64,000 bases of DNA from an uncultured Acidobacteriota bacterium (GCA_963720545.1 OY970399.1:1088001-1152000), one strand, 5' to 3'; shown: positions 40,269-50,072, counted from the stretch's first letter. The notes: a model not told the origin generated them from the sequence alone. Translations and numbers: made by a program.

Positions 40269-40862
40269 ATGGCGCTGCGCGACCTCACCGACGAGCAACT
40301 CGTGGCCGAGTGCCGTCTCGAGGGCTCTGCCCAACGGGAAGCCGCGAAGGACGAGCTGTTCTCGCGCCACTACGCGACCGTCGCGCGCTGGTGCCTGCGC
40401 ATGACGAGCGATCGCGAAGCCGCCGCCGACCTCGCCCAGGACGTGTTCCTGAAGGCGCACCGCTATCTCGATTCGTTCCGTGGCCAGTCGCGCTTCTCGA
40501 CGTGGCTCTACACCATCGCACGCAACGAAACCGCCGATCGCTTCAAGTCGATGCCGGCACCGGTCGAGAGCGAAGAGATCCTCGCCGACCTCGCGGACGA
40601 CGCGCCCGGCCCCGAGCAGCAGGCCGATATCGCCAGCCGCGGGCGACGGGTGCGCGAGTTCCTGGCGAGCACACTCGACGAGACCGAGCGCGCGGTGTTC
40701 GCGCTGCACTTCGGCGAGGACATGCCGCTGGCGGCCGTGACGCGGACGCTGGGCCTCGACAACCGCAGCGGCGCCAAGGCCTACCTCGTCAGCGCCCGGC
40801 GCAAGCTCGCCCGCGTGCTCGACCGTTCCCAGGTCGCTCTTGGGGCAAGGGAGGACGCGTGA
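40269..40862 (+). CDS. ECF RNA polymerase sigma factor
   Basis: LTDEQLV, AADLAQDVFLKA, FRGQSRFSTWLYTIARN, region 4 helix-turn-helix; ATG 7 nt after TACAAT. Confidence 0.93.
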   Translation: MALRDLTDEQLVAECRLEGSAQREAAKDELFSRHYATVARWCLRMTSDREAAADLAQDVFLKAHRYLDSFRGQSRFSTWLYTIARNETADRFKSMPAPVESEEILADLADDAPGPEQQADIASRGRRVREFLASTLDETERAVFALHFGEDMPLAAVTRTLGLDNRSGAKAYLVSARRKLARVLDRSQVALGAREDA

Positions 40863-41584
40863 CCAACGAGCGCATAGCCGAGGGTCGGCTGGTGATGGGC
40901 GCGGCTCTGGGAACGACGCCCGATTGCATCGCGACCGCCCGCTTCGAGTCGCCGCTCGGTGCCGCGGATGCCGCGCACCTCGCGACCTGCGCGCATTGCC
41001 AGGCGGAGCTGGCGCTCTTCCGCAGCTTCCACGACGCTTCGCCGCTCGCGGCGGGCGAAGCTGCCGACGTCGAGTGGGTCACCGGCCGCCTGCGCCAGTC
41101 GGCGGCGCCGAACCGGGTCGCCGCTTTCCCCCCGGCGCGTACCACGCGGACAGGCGCCAGCCGCTTCCTGCCGGGCCTCGCCGCCGCTGCGGTGCTGCTG
41201 CTCGGCATCGGCTTTTTCGCGAGCCGGCGAGAACCGGAGCTGCGGCCGCTCGACGGCGGGTCCGTGGCTTATCGCTCGCTGCGCCTCGATCTCCTGTCGC
41301 CAAAAGGCGACCTCGACCGAGCGCCCGGCTCGCTGCAGTGGCACGCGGTTCCTGATGCGGCGCGCTACGACATCGAGGTCCTCGGCGTAGACCGGACGCC
41401 GCTCTGGCGCGGAGTGTCCGAGCAGGCGCAGGTGGCCTTGCCCGAGTCTCTCGTCGCCCAACTGTTGCCCGGACGAACCGTGCTGTGGCGTGTCGTCGCT
41501 TACGACGCGTCCGGCCGCACCCTGGCGGAATCGAACATGGAGCCGTTCCGCGTTGCGATGCGGCCGGCTGTCGGTAAGGATTGA
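40859..41584 (+). CDS. Zinc-binding transmembrane anti-sigma factor
   Basis: HLATCAHC (HxxxCxxC), one TM helix, extracytoplasmic FN3-like domain; GTGA overlap with sigma stop. Confidence 0.85.
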   Translation: MTNERIAEGRLVMGAALGTTPDCIATARFESPLGAADAAHLATCAHCQAELALFRSFHDASPLAAGEAADVEWVTGRLRQSAAPNRVAAFPPARTTRTGASRFLPGLAAAAVLLLGIGFFASRREPELRPLDGGSVAYRSLRLDLLSPKGDLDRAPGSLQWHAVPDAARYDIEVLGVDRTPLWRGVSEQAQVALPESLVAQLLPGRTVLWRVVAYDASGRTLAESNMEPFRVAMRPAVGKD

Positions 41585-41588
41585 CGCC

Positions 41589-42695
41589 ATGATCCGGTCC
41601 ATCGCCCGCGCTCTTTTGGCCTCTTTCTTCGCAGTGGCTGGCGCCCTGCCGGCCGCGGCGCAGGCGCCGATAGAGCTGCGAGTCGAAGACGAGGTCGTGC
41701 CGCAGGGCGGCATCGTGCAGATGAAAGTGGGGGTCACGGAATCGAAGCCGATCTCGACCGGCCGCGGCCGCTTCCGCTCGTCGGCGCTACCGTTCCTTGC
41801 CGGCCTCGTGGTGCTGAGCCCCGCCAACGACACCTACGGTGCGGCGGTGCTCGATGGTACCAACCTGAGCGTCTCCGCGGTCTCGACCACATTCGCCTTC
41901 GGCACCGATACCGATTACCCGATCCTGGCCGCGGCGCTGCGGGTTCCCGAGACAATGGCCATCGGGACGGTGGTGCCGTTCGAGATGGAGCCCGGCTCGC
42001 TCGTGTTCCGCGATCCTTCCGGCGCCGTGTATCCGACGACCTTCGAGAACGGCGCCTTCACGGTCACCCGGCGCGCGCTCTCGATCGACGACGTGATCCC
42101 CGGCAGCGCCGACCTCCCCGCCGGCGCCACGGTCACCATCCTCGGCCGCGGCTTCCTGCCCTCGACGCGCATCCGCTTCAACGAAGTCGAGCTGGCCGAG
42201 ACTCGCTACATCAGCGCGCGCCGCATCGACGTGGTGCTGGGCGCGCCCGCGCACATGCACGGCATGCGCATCCGAGCCGAGAACGACGACAGCCCGCGGC
42301 TCGAGTACTTCTCGTACCAGCGAACGACGGTCCTTGGCGTGACGCAGACGCCTGGCTTGCAGAACGTCATCCCGCTGTTCGCGCACCAGCCGGTGCAGGA
42401 CGCGACCGTCGTGGTGGCGAAGCCGACCACCGCGACCACCGGGCTCGCCATCGAGAACCTGCAAGGCGCCGCGGTGCGCGTGACGATCGACCTGCTGCGG
42501 CCCTCGGGCGAGATCATCGCGACCACCCGCCTGCGTATCCCGCCGAGCCGCTACATCCTGCGCAACGTCACCGAGCTCTTTTCGGCCGCCGTGCCGCGAA
42601 ACGCGCGGCTGCGGGTGCGGGCCCCATCTCCCGTCGAGGTGATGGGCATCCGTGTGACCGCGGCCGGCGCCGTCGAACCCATCCTCGCCAACTGA
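41589..42695 (+). CDS. Secreted multi-beta-sandwich protein (IPT/TIG-like central domain)
   Basis: Signal peptide ending AAA-Q; IDDVIPGS...AGATVTILGRGF. Confidence 0.7.
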   Translation: MIRSIARALLASFFAVAGALPAAAQAPIELRVEDEVVPQGGIVQMKVGVTESKPISTGRGRFRSSALPFLAGLVVLSPANDTYGAAVLDGTNLSVSAVSTTFAFGTDTDYPILAAALRVPETMAIGTVVPFEMEPGSLVFRDPSGAVYPTTFENGAFTVTRRALSIDDVIPGSADLPAGATVTILGRGFLPSTRIRFNEVELAETRYISARRIDVVLGAPAHMHGMRIRAENDDSPRLEYFSYQRTTVLGVTQTPGLQNVIPLFAHQPVQDATVVVAKPTTATTGLAIENLQGAAVRVTIDLLRPSGEIIATTRLRIPPSRYILRNVTELFSAAVPRNARLRVRAPSPVEVMGIRVTAAGAVEPILAN

Positions 42696-42717
42696 TCCTC
42701 GCCTGCTGAAAGAAACC

Positions 42718-42744
42718 TGTTCCGCATCGCGCGGGCGCGGGGTC
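42718..42744 (+). promoter_or_regulatory. Candidate ECF promoter, copy 2
   Basis: TGTTCCGCA-N13-GGGTC ending 53 nt upstream of the lipoprotein ATG. Confidence 0.6.
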
Positions 42745-42797
42745 ACACCCTTGGAACCACGGACCATATCGTCCGCACTGCTCTAAGGAGATTCACA

Positions 42798-43307
42798 ATG
42801 TTCACCCCTCACAAGCTGTTCGCACTGCTGGCGGTCGCCGGCTTCGTTTCGTTCAGCGCTGCCTGCGGCAGCGAGAACTCGTCCTCGCCGGTCGCCCCGA
42901 GCAACGTCGCCGCGGGCGATGATGCGAGCCTCGCGGTCGACGCCTCGCACGGCAGCGACGACAGCAACGTCGGCAGCTCCGACGACAACGCCAGCGGCGG
43001 CGGCGGCAACGCGATCCGCGTCCGCTGCGAGCGCCGCGGCAACCAGCGCTCGAAGATCTCGGTCGACGGCCGCAACCTCCGCTCCGGCACCTACACCGCC
43101 CGCGTCACCTCCGGCGCCAACACCGCCAGCGCGGCGCCGCAGCACACCATCGGCGACGAAGTCGAGTTCGACTTCGACAGCAACACCGGCGAGGGCGGCA
43201 CCCGCATCCCCCGCACCTTCATCCAGGGCAACAGCGTCACCGGCCAGATCCTCAACGCCGCCGGCAACGTGGTCCGCAACCAGACCGCCCGCTGCGAGGT
43301 TCGCTAG
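42798..43307 (+). CDS. Putative lipoprotein of unknown function
   Basis: SAAC lipobox, Ser/Asp/Gly linker, beta domain bracketed by two Cys; TAAGGAG Shine-Dalgarno; strong C-ending codon bias. Confidence 0.8.
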   Translation: MFTPHKLFALLAVAGFVSFSAACGSENSSSPVAPSNVAAGDDASLAVDASHGSDDSNVGSSDDNASGGGGNAIRVRCERRGNQRSKISVDGRNLRSGTYTARVTSGANTASAAPQHTIGDEVEFDFDSNTGEGGTRIPRTFIQGNSVTGQILNAAGNVVRNQTARCEVR

Positions 43308-43333
43308 CCTTCATCGGCGAGTGGGCTGACGTC

Positions 43334-43373
43334 ATCGGCGGATGGGCTCCTTGCGAACCCATCCGCCGATTTT
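43334..43373 (+). terminator. Intrinsic terminator-like hairpin after the lipoprotein gene
   Basis: ATCGGCGGATGGG-11 nt-CCCATCCGCCGAT followed by TTT. Confidence 0.75.
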
Positions 43374-43430
43374 CCGTTTGTCGGAGGCTCGTTGCCGCTC
43401 CCTCGGCGGCTCCGTTCCCTAGGAAGCTCG

Positions 43431-43565
43431 TCAACTGCGTCCGGACGCAGTCGAACTGAGTCCTGACGACTCAAGTGCGACTCGTTCCAGAACGGTGTCA
43501 CGTTGCGCAGCACAGACTCAACCGTGGCATCTCAGAAACGGTGGACTGCGTCCGGACGCAGTTGA
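43431..43565. repeat. 135-bp element with perfect 22-bp terminal inverted repeats (MITE/REPIN-like)
   Basis: TCAACTGCGTCCGGACGCAGTC at 43431-52 and its exact reverse complement at 43544-65. Confidence 0.8.
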
Positions 43566-43662
43566 AACTCAGTCGTCTTACAGCACGTTGACTGCTAGAC
43601 GACTGTGCCCGCGGGGCGGCGCGGTAAGTGTTGGGTGCGGCAAACGCAGCAACGGATGCAGG

Positions 43663-43706
43663 GAGATCCTTCGCGCCCGGGAACGGACCGAAGCGCTCAG
43701 GAAAAC
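43663..43706. repeat. REP-like element
   Basis: GAGATCCTTCGC...GCTCAGGAAAAC; ends of its reverse complement resemble 15611-15655. Confidence 0.6.
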
Positions 43707-43735
43707 GGAACGAACCAGGAACAACGAACAACGAC

Positions 43736-43776
43736 AATCGACGGATTGGACTGCAAGGGCGGCCAATCCGTCGATT
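43736..43776 (-). terminator. Hairpin at the purH stop codon
   Basis: AATCGACGGATTGG-13 nt-CCAATCCGTCGATT, perfect 14-bp stem. Confidence 0.7.
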
Positions 43777-45346
43777 AGTGCTTAAAGTGCCTCGCGCCGG
43801 TGAAGACCATGGCCAGCTTGCGTTCGTCGGCGGCGGCGATGACTTCGGGGTCGCGGACCGAGCCGCCCGGCTGGATGATCGCGGTGGCGCCGGCCTTGGC
43901 GATCTCGTCGATGCCGTCGCGGAACGGAAAGAAGGCGTCCGACGCAGCGACGGTGCCGGCGAGCGGCAGCTGCGCCTTGGCGGCGGCGAAGCGGGCGGCG
44001 TCGACACGGCTCATCTGCCCGGCACCGACGCCCACCGTCTGCTGCGCGTTGGCGAACACGATGGCGTTGCTCTTCACGTGCTTCACGACCGTCCAAGAGA
44101 GGATCAGCGCCTTCCATTCTTCCTCGCTCGGCGCGCGCTTCGTCACCACCTCGGCCTTCTCGCGCTCGAACGGCTGCAGGTCCCAGTCCTGCAGCAGCAG
44201 CCCGCCCATCACCCGGCGCATGTCGAAGCCTGCGACCTTGTGGATCGCCGTTGTGTCCATGTCCATGACGCGCAGGTTCTGCTTCGCGGCCAGGATCTGC
44301 TTGGCCTCGCCCTCGAAGCCGGGCGCGATGACGCACTCGACGAACACCGCCACAACCTTCTTCGCGGTGGCCGCATCCACCTTGCGGTTGAACGCGAGGA
44401 TGCCGCCGAACGCCGAGATCGGGTCGGCGGCCCAGGCGCGGTCGAAGGCTTCGCCGAGGCCCGAGGCGATGCCGGTGCCGCACGGGTTCGTGTGCTTGAT
44501 GATGACGCAGGCCGGGTCGTTGAGGTCGACGGCGAGCCGCCAGGCCGCGTCGAGGTCGAGGATGTTGTTGAACGACAGCTCCTTGCCCTGCAGCTTGCGC
44601 GCCGCGGCAACCGAGTACAGCGTCGAGCCGAGGTCGCTGTAGAACGCCGCCTTCTGGTGCGGGTTCTCGCCGTAGCGCAGGTCCTGGATCTTCTCGAGCG
44701 TGAGGCTCAGCCGGTAGGGAAAGAAGCTCTCGGCCGCGGCCGGGATGTATCCGCCGTTGCCGGCCTCGACCTGCGCGAAGTAGCCGGCGATGGCCGCTTC
44801 GTAGCGCGCCGTGTGGCGAAACGCCTTCTGCGCGAAGTAGAGGCGCGTGGCGGCGTCGATGCCGCCGGCGCGATCGAGCTGTTCCAGCAGCAGGTTGTAG
44901 TCGGCCGGATCGACGATCACCGCGACGCTCGCGAAGTTCTTGGCGGCAGCGCGCACCATGGTCGGCCCGCCGATGTCGATGTTCTCGACCGCCTCCAGGA
45001 ACGGCACGCCCTTCGCCACCTTGTCCTCGAACGGATAGAGGTTCACCACCACCACGTCGAGCGGCACGATCCCGTGCTCGTCGAGCGCCTGCATGTGGCG
45101 CGGGTCGTCGCGCCGCGCCAGCAGGCCGCCGTGGATGCGCGGGTGCAGGGTCTTGACGCGGCCGTCGAGGATCTCGGGAAACCCGGTCACTTCCGAGACG
45201 CCGAGCGTCTTGACCGAAGCCTTGGCAAGCGCGTCCTTGGTGCCGCCGGTCGAAAGGATTTCATAGCCGCGCGATGCCAGGCCCTTGGCGAGTTCGACGA
45301 CGCCGTCCTTCTTGTAGACCGATATCAAGGCGCGCTTGGCGGGCAT
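43775..45346 (-). CDS. purH: Bifunctional AICAR transformylase/IMP cyclohydrolase
   Basis: RALISV, STGGT, GRVKTLHP, IDIGGP, LRYGENPHQ, KHTNPCG, SDAFFPF, RHFKH. Confidence 0.99.
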   Translation of the reverse strand: MPAKRALISVYKKDGVVELAKGLASRGYEILSTGGTKDALAKASVKTLGVSEVTGFPEILDGRVKTLHPRIHGGLLARRDDPRHMQALDEHGIVPLDVVVVNLYPFEDKVAKGVPFLEAVENIDIGGPTMVRAAAKNFASVAVIVDPADYNLLLEQLDRAGGIDAATRLYFAQKAFRHTARYEAAIAGYFAQVEAGNGGYIPAAAESFFPYRLSLTLEKIQDLRYGENPHQKAAFYSDLGSTLYSVAAARKLQGKELSFNNILDLDAAWRLAVDLNDPACVIIKHTNPCGTGIASGLGEAFDRAWAADPISAFGGILAFNRKVDAATAKKVVAVFVECVIAPGFEGEAKQILAAKQNLRVMDMDTTAIHKVAGFDMRRVMGGLLLQDWDLQPFEREKAEVVTKRAPSEEEWKALILSWTVVKHVKSNAIVFANAQQTVGVGAGQMSRVDAARFAAAKAQLPLAGTVAASDAFFPFRDGIDEIAKAGATAIIQPGGSVRDPEVIAAADERKLAMVFTGARHFKH

Positions 45347-45356
45347 CCTGTCCTCA

Positions 45357-45384
45357 GTGAAAGGTGAAACGTGAAAGGCGAAAG
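45357..45384. repeat. Heptamer tandem repeat x4 upstream of purH
   Basis: GTGAAAG GTGAAAC GTGAAAG GCGAAAG. Confidence 0.85.
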
Positions 45385-45397
45385 GGGATGACGGGGT

Positions 45398-46198
45398 TCA
45401 GCGATTGGGCGGTGCGGTCGGCGGCGGCTCCGGCTGCGAGGGTACACCAGCCGGCAGCACGCGTGCGACAGTGCCCATGCGCGTGAGGTCGCCGTGCGCC
45501 TCGCGCCAGGCGACGAGCCAGGTGGCTGCGATCGCGGTGATCGCACGCGAGTAGGAAAGCTGCGCGACGCCAAAGGCGTGCGAGTGCGCGTCGAGGGTGC
45601 GGTGGTCGACCAGGCGGCCCGCGCGAACGAACTCGGTGCCGAGCACCGGCGACTGCACGACGCTGCGCGCCAGCACCTCGTTCCAGTACTCGTACAACTC
45701 GGCGCGCGTCCCGCCCAGCGCCTTGCGGCTGTCGAGGATCACCGGGATGTTGGGCATCTGCACGCGCAGGAACGCGTAGTACTCCGGGATCACGCCCTGC
45801 GCCTGCGGCCTCGCGCCGGCGAGCGCGGCATCCGACAGGTCGGCGCCGATGCGGTACAGGCGGCCGAGCGCAACGAGCCCCGGATCCACCTGGCCCGCGC
45901 GCAGCAGCGCGACCGCGCGGTCCATCTCGACGTCCACGAGCGAAAGCGTCGCCGGTGAAAGGCGGCCCGCCGCCCGGTCCTGGGCCAGGGCGTTCGTGAG
46001 TTCGAGCGGCAGTCGCCCGGCGCCCTCGAGGATCGCCTGCTGCCGCTCCGCCAGCAATTGCGCCAGCGAGCGCGGCACCAGCCGGCGCGCGTCGCGGTTG
46101 ATGCCCGGCGCCACGTCCGCGGGCCAGGCGTAGCCGGGCGGCGCGAGCACGGCCAGGACCAGGACGGCCCACAGGGCGAGGGCCGCGCCCCGTTTCAT
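45398..46198 (-). CDS. Secreted helical protein, possibly phospholipase C/P1 nuclease-like fold
   Basis: Signal peptide with Trp at the predicted mature N-terminus; YSRAI....W..AW C-terminal helix; ATG overlaps the upstream stop. Confidence 0.55.
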   Translation of the reverse strand: MKRGAALALWAVLVLAVLAPPGYAWPADVAPGINRDARRLVPRSLAQLLAERQQAILEGAGRLPLELTNALAQDRAAGRLSPATLSLVDVEMDRAVALLRAGQVDPGLVALGRLYRIGADLSDAALAGARPQAQGVIPEYYAFLRVQMPNIPVILDSRKALGGTRAELYEYWNEVLARSVVQSPVLGTEFVRAGRLVDHRTLDAHSHAFGVAQLSYSRAITAIAATWLVAWREAHGDLTRMGTVARVLPAGVPSQPEPPPTAPPNR

Positions 46199-46776
46199 TT
46201 CACCGCCCGCGCCTTGAGCGTGACCTTGCCACCCTTGGTGTCGACCCGGTAGTCGACCGCCTTCACTTCGCTGTTGCTGCGCAGCTTGGCAGTTTGCTTC
46301 GCCACTTGCTGTTCGAACGCCTGGTAGGTCAGCGTCCCTGCCTCGCCCGCACGGCCGCGCTCCTCGACGAAGCGCTGGTACAGGGTGCGCACCGCCCCGG
46401 TGTCCTTGGTGGAGCCGATGCGCACCTCGCGCAGCTGCGCCGAAGGCGGCGCCTCGGGCTGCTGCTGCAGCACGATCGCGGGCGACGAGCCGGCCGGGCC
46501 GCGCACCGGAACTCCCGGCAGCCGGCCCTCCTCGAGGGCGCGCAGCCGCTTGTTCCACATCTCGTTGAAGACGTTGTAGCGGGCGACGAGCCCCTGGTAG
46601 CGGAAGCGGTCGGTGGCGTTCCTGATCTCTTCGTCGAGATAGCGCCTGATGAGCCGCTCGAGGCGCGCGCGCACTTCCATCGGCGGGCGCCGCTCGACGC
46701 CGCCGAAGAACTTCTCCCACTCCACCTGGAGGTTGCGGATGCCGAGTTCGATGACCGGAAGGTCGTCGCGAATCAC
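46195..46776 (-). CDS. MXAN_5187 C-terminal domain-like protein
   Basis: WEKFFGG.ERRPP, RFRY..L.ARY, W...LR..EEG, V.YRV..KGGKV.LKA. Confidence 0.7.
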   Translation of the reverse strand: MIRDDLPVIELGIRNLQVEWEKFFGGVERRPPMEVRARLERLIRRYLDEEIRNATDRFRYQGLVARYNVFNEMWNKRLRALEEGRLPGVPVRGPAGSSPAIVLQQQPEAPPSAQLREVRIGSTKDTGAVRTLYQRFVEERGRAGEAGTLTYQAFEQQVAKQTAKLRSNSEVKAVDYRVDTKGGKVTLKARAVK

Positions 46777-47183
46777 GCCTGGTCGCCCTTGACGAACAAG
46801 TATACGAGCGGCAGCCACAGCTCGCGCGCATACGGAACCTTCTTGCCGGCGACCAGCACGTCGGTGCCGCGATTGTTGCCGACCAGCGACACGAGGTCGC
46901 GCAGCGCGTTGGCTTCGCTGGTGGCGAACTCGGCGCGATGGCGGGTGCGCGTGCCGTCCCGGAACGTGCGATACGCGGAGGCGCTGCGCGCCAGCTGCAG
47001 AGCCCGGCTCGCATCGGCACCGCTGAAGTCGTCGAACACGACGCCCATGCGGAAGGGTCGCGGCGCGCTGCCGGGATAGAGAAGCTCGCGCAGGTCGTCG
47101 TCGAGGCGCGCGGGGTCTTCTTCCCCGGCGGCGAGGATCGGCGGCAGGCGGTCGGCGAAGTCGGGGGCGCGGTCGTAGGACAA
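46773..47183 (-). CDS. Hypothetical protein (alternative start ATG 47207)
   Basis: Coupled to the downstream gene (GTGA overlap); protein-like C-terminus GKKVPYARELWLPL; TTG 8 nt after TATACT. Confidence 0.6.
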   Translation of the reverse strand: MSYDRAPDFADRLPPILAAGEEDPARLDDDLRELLYPGSAPRPFRMGVVFDDFSGADASRALQLARSASAYRTFRDGTRTRHRAEFATSEANALRDLVSLVGNNRGTDVLVAGKKVPYARELWLPLVYLFVKGDQA

Positions 47184-47191
47184 ATCGACCG

Positions 47192-47199
47192 AGTATAGT
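47192..47199. promoter_or_regulatory. Putative bidirectional promoter for selA and the divergent operon
   Basis: AGTATAGT gives TATAGT (+) 6 nt before the selA ATG and TATACT (-) 8 nt before TTG 47183. Confidence 0.6.
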
Positions 47200-47205
47200 C
47201 CAGGC

Positions 47206-48626
47206 ATGAGCAGCTCCCGCGGTGATCTGAGCGACCTTCGCCGCTCGCTGCCGTCGGTGGACGAGCTGCTGCGCAGCCCCGCCGGCGCGGCCGCGGCGGC
47301 GCGCTTCGGCCGCGGGCCCCTGCGCGCGGCAACTCGCGTGGTTCTGGCGGAAATGCGCGCCGCGCTGAGCGGCGCGGGCCGGGCCGGCGCGCCGCAGCCC
47401 CAGGCCGACAGCGCCGGGCTGGTCGCGGCTGTTGTGTCGCGCCTCACAGGAGCCACGGCGCCGTCGCTCGAACGCGTCATCAATGCCACGGGCGTCGTGG
47501 TGCACACCAACCTCGGCCGCGCTCCCCTCTCGGCCGCGGCCATCGCCGCGGTCAACACTGTCGCGAGCGGCTACTCGAACCTCGAGTACGACGCCACCAC
47601 CGGCGGGCGCGGCAACCGCGAGGCGCACATCGAGTCGGCCTTGCGCCGCCTGCTCGCAGCCGAGGCGGCGGCGGTCGTCAACAACTGCGCCGCGGCCGTC
47701 CTGCTGGCGCTCAACACCTTCGCCGAAGGCCGCGCGGTGCTGGTGAGCCGCGGCGAACTGGTGGAGATCGGCGGCTCGTTCCGGATTCCCGACATCCTGC
47801 GCAAGAGCGGCGCGACGCTGCGCGAGGTCGGCACCACCAACAAGACGCGGCTCGCCGACTACGCCGACGCGCTCGGCGGCGGACCCGGCGAGAGCGGAGT
47901 GGGACTCATCCTGCGTGTCCATCCCAGCAATTTCCGCATCGTCGGCTTCACCGAGAGCCCCGCGCTCGCGGACCTGGCGGCGCTCGCCGCGCGCGCCGGC
48001 ATACCGCTCGTCGAGGATCTCGGCAGCGGCCTGCTCGATGCGCCCGCCGGGCTCGAGTCGGAGCCGAGCGTGCGCGAGAGCCTCGCCGCCGGCGCCGATC
48101 TCGTGACCTTCAGCGGCGACAAGCTCTTCGGCGGACCGCAGGCGGGCCTGTTCGCCGGCCGCGCCGCGCGCGTCGACGCGATGCGCACCAATCCCCTGTA
48201 TCGGGCGCTGCGCGTGGACAAGATGACGATTGCCGCGCTGCACGCCACCCTGCTGGCGCACGAAGCCGGACGCGCTGCCGTGCAGGTACCGGTGCTGCGG
48301 ATGCTCGTGGCGCAGCCCGACGAGCTGCAAGCGCGCGCCGAACGCATCGCCGACCAGGTGCGCGCGGCAGGGGTCTCGGCCGATACCGTGCCCGGTCATT
48401 CCGCGGTCGGCGGAGGCGCAGCGCCGTCGCTGGCCCTCGCGACCACCCTGGTGCGCATTGCGGTTTCCGGGCAGTCGGCCGACGAGCTGCACGCGCGGCT
48501 GCGCGCCTCGCGCCCGCGGGTCATCGCACGCATCGAGGACGGCGCGCTGCTCATGGACCCGCGCACCGTAGACACGGCCGAGGAGTACGCCCTGATCCGC
48601 GCGCTGCGCGCCCTGGCTGCCGTCGA

Positions 48627-48630
<4 letters not shown>
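47206..48630 (+). CDS. selA: L-seryl-tRNA(Sec) selenium transferase
   Basis: LPSVD, VINATGVVVHTNLGRAP, VSRGELVEIGGSFRIP, EVGTTN, VHPSNF, FSGDKLFGGPQAG. Confidence 0.97.

Positions 48631-50068
<1,438 letters not shown>

Positions 50069-50072
<4 letters not shown>

Noticed and set aside
37715..41584. Type III-E CRISPR (Craspase) locus
   Set aside because: No Cas7-11, Csx30/Csx31 or array; the CHAT protein appears exported. Only the regulatory logic is analogous.
43431..43565. CRISPR array or autonomous IS element
   Set aside because: Only two repeats about 90 bp apart, no regular spacers, no cas or transposase gene, and no clear target-site duplication.
43708..43722. GAAC-N7-GAAC, a possible LexA box
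   Set aside because: Lies between convergent gene ends in a low-complexity GAAC/AAC stretch, not in a promoter.
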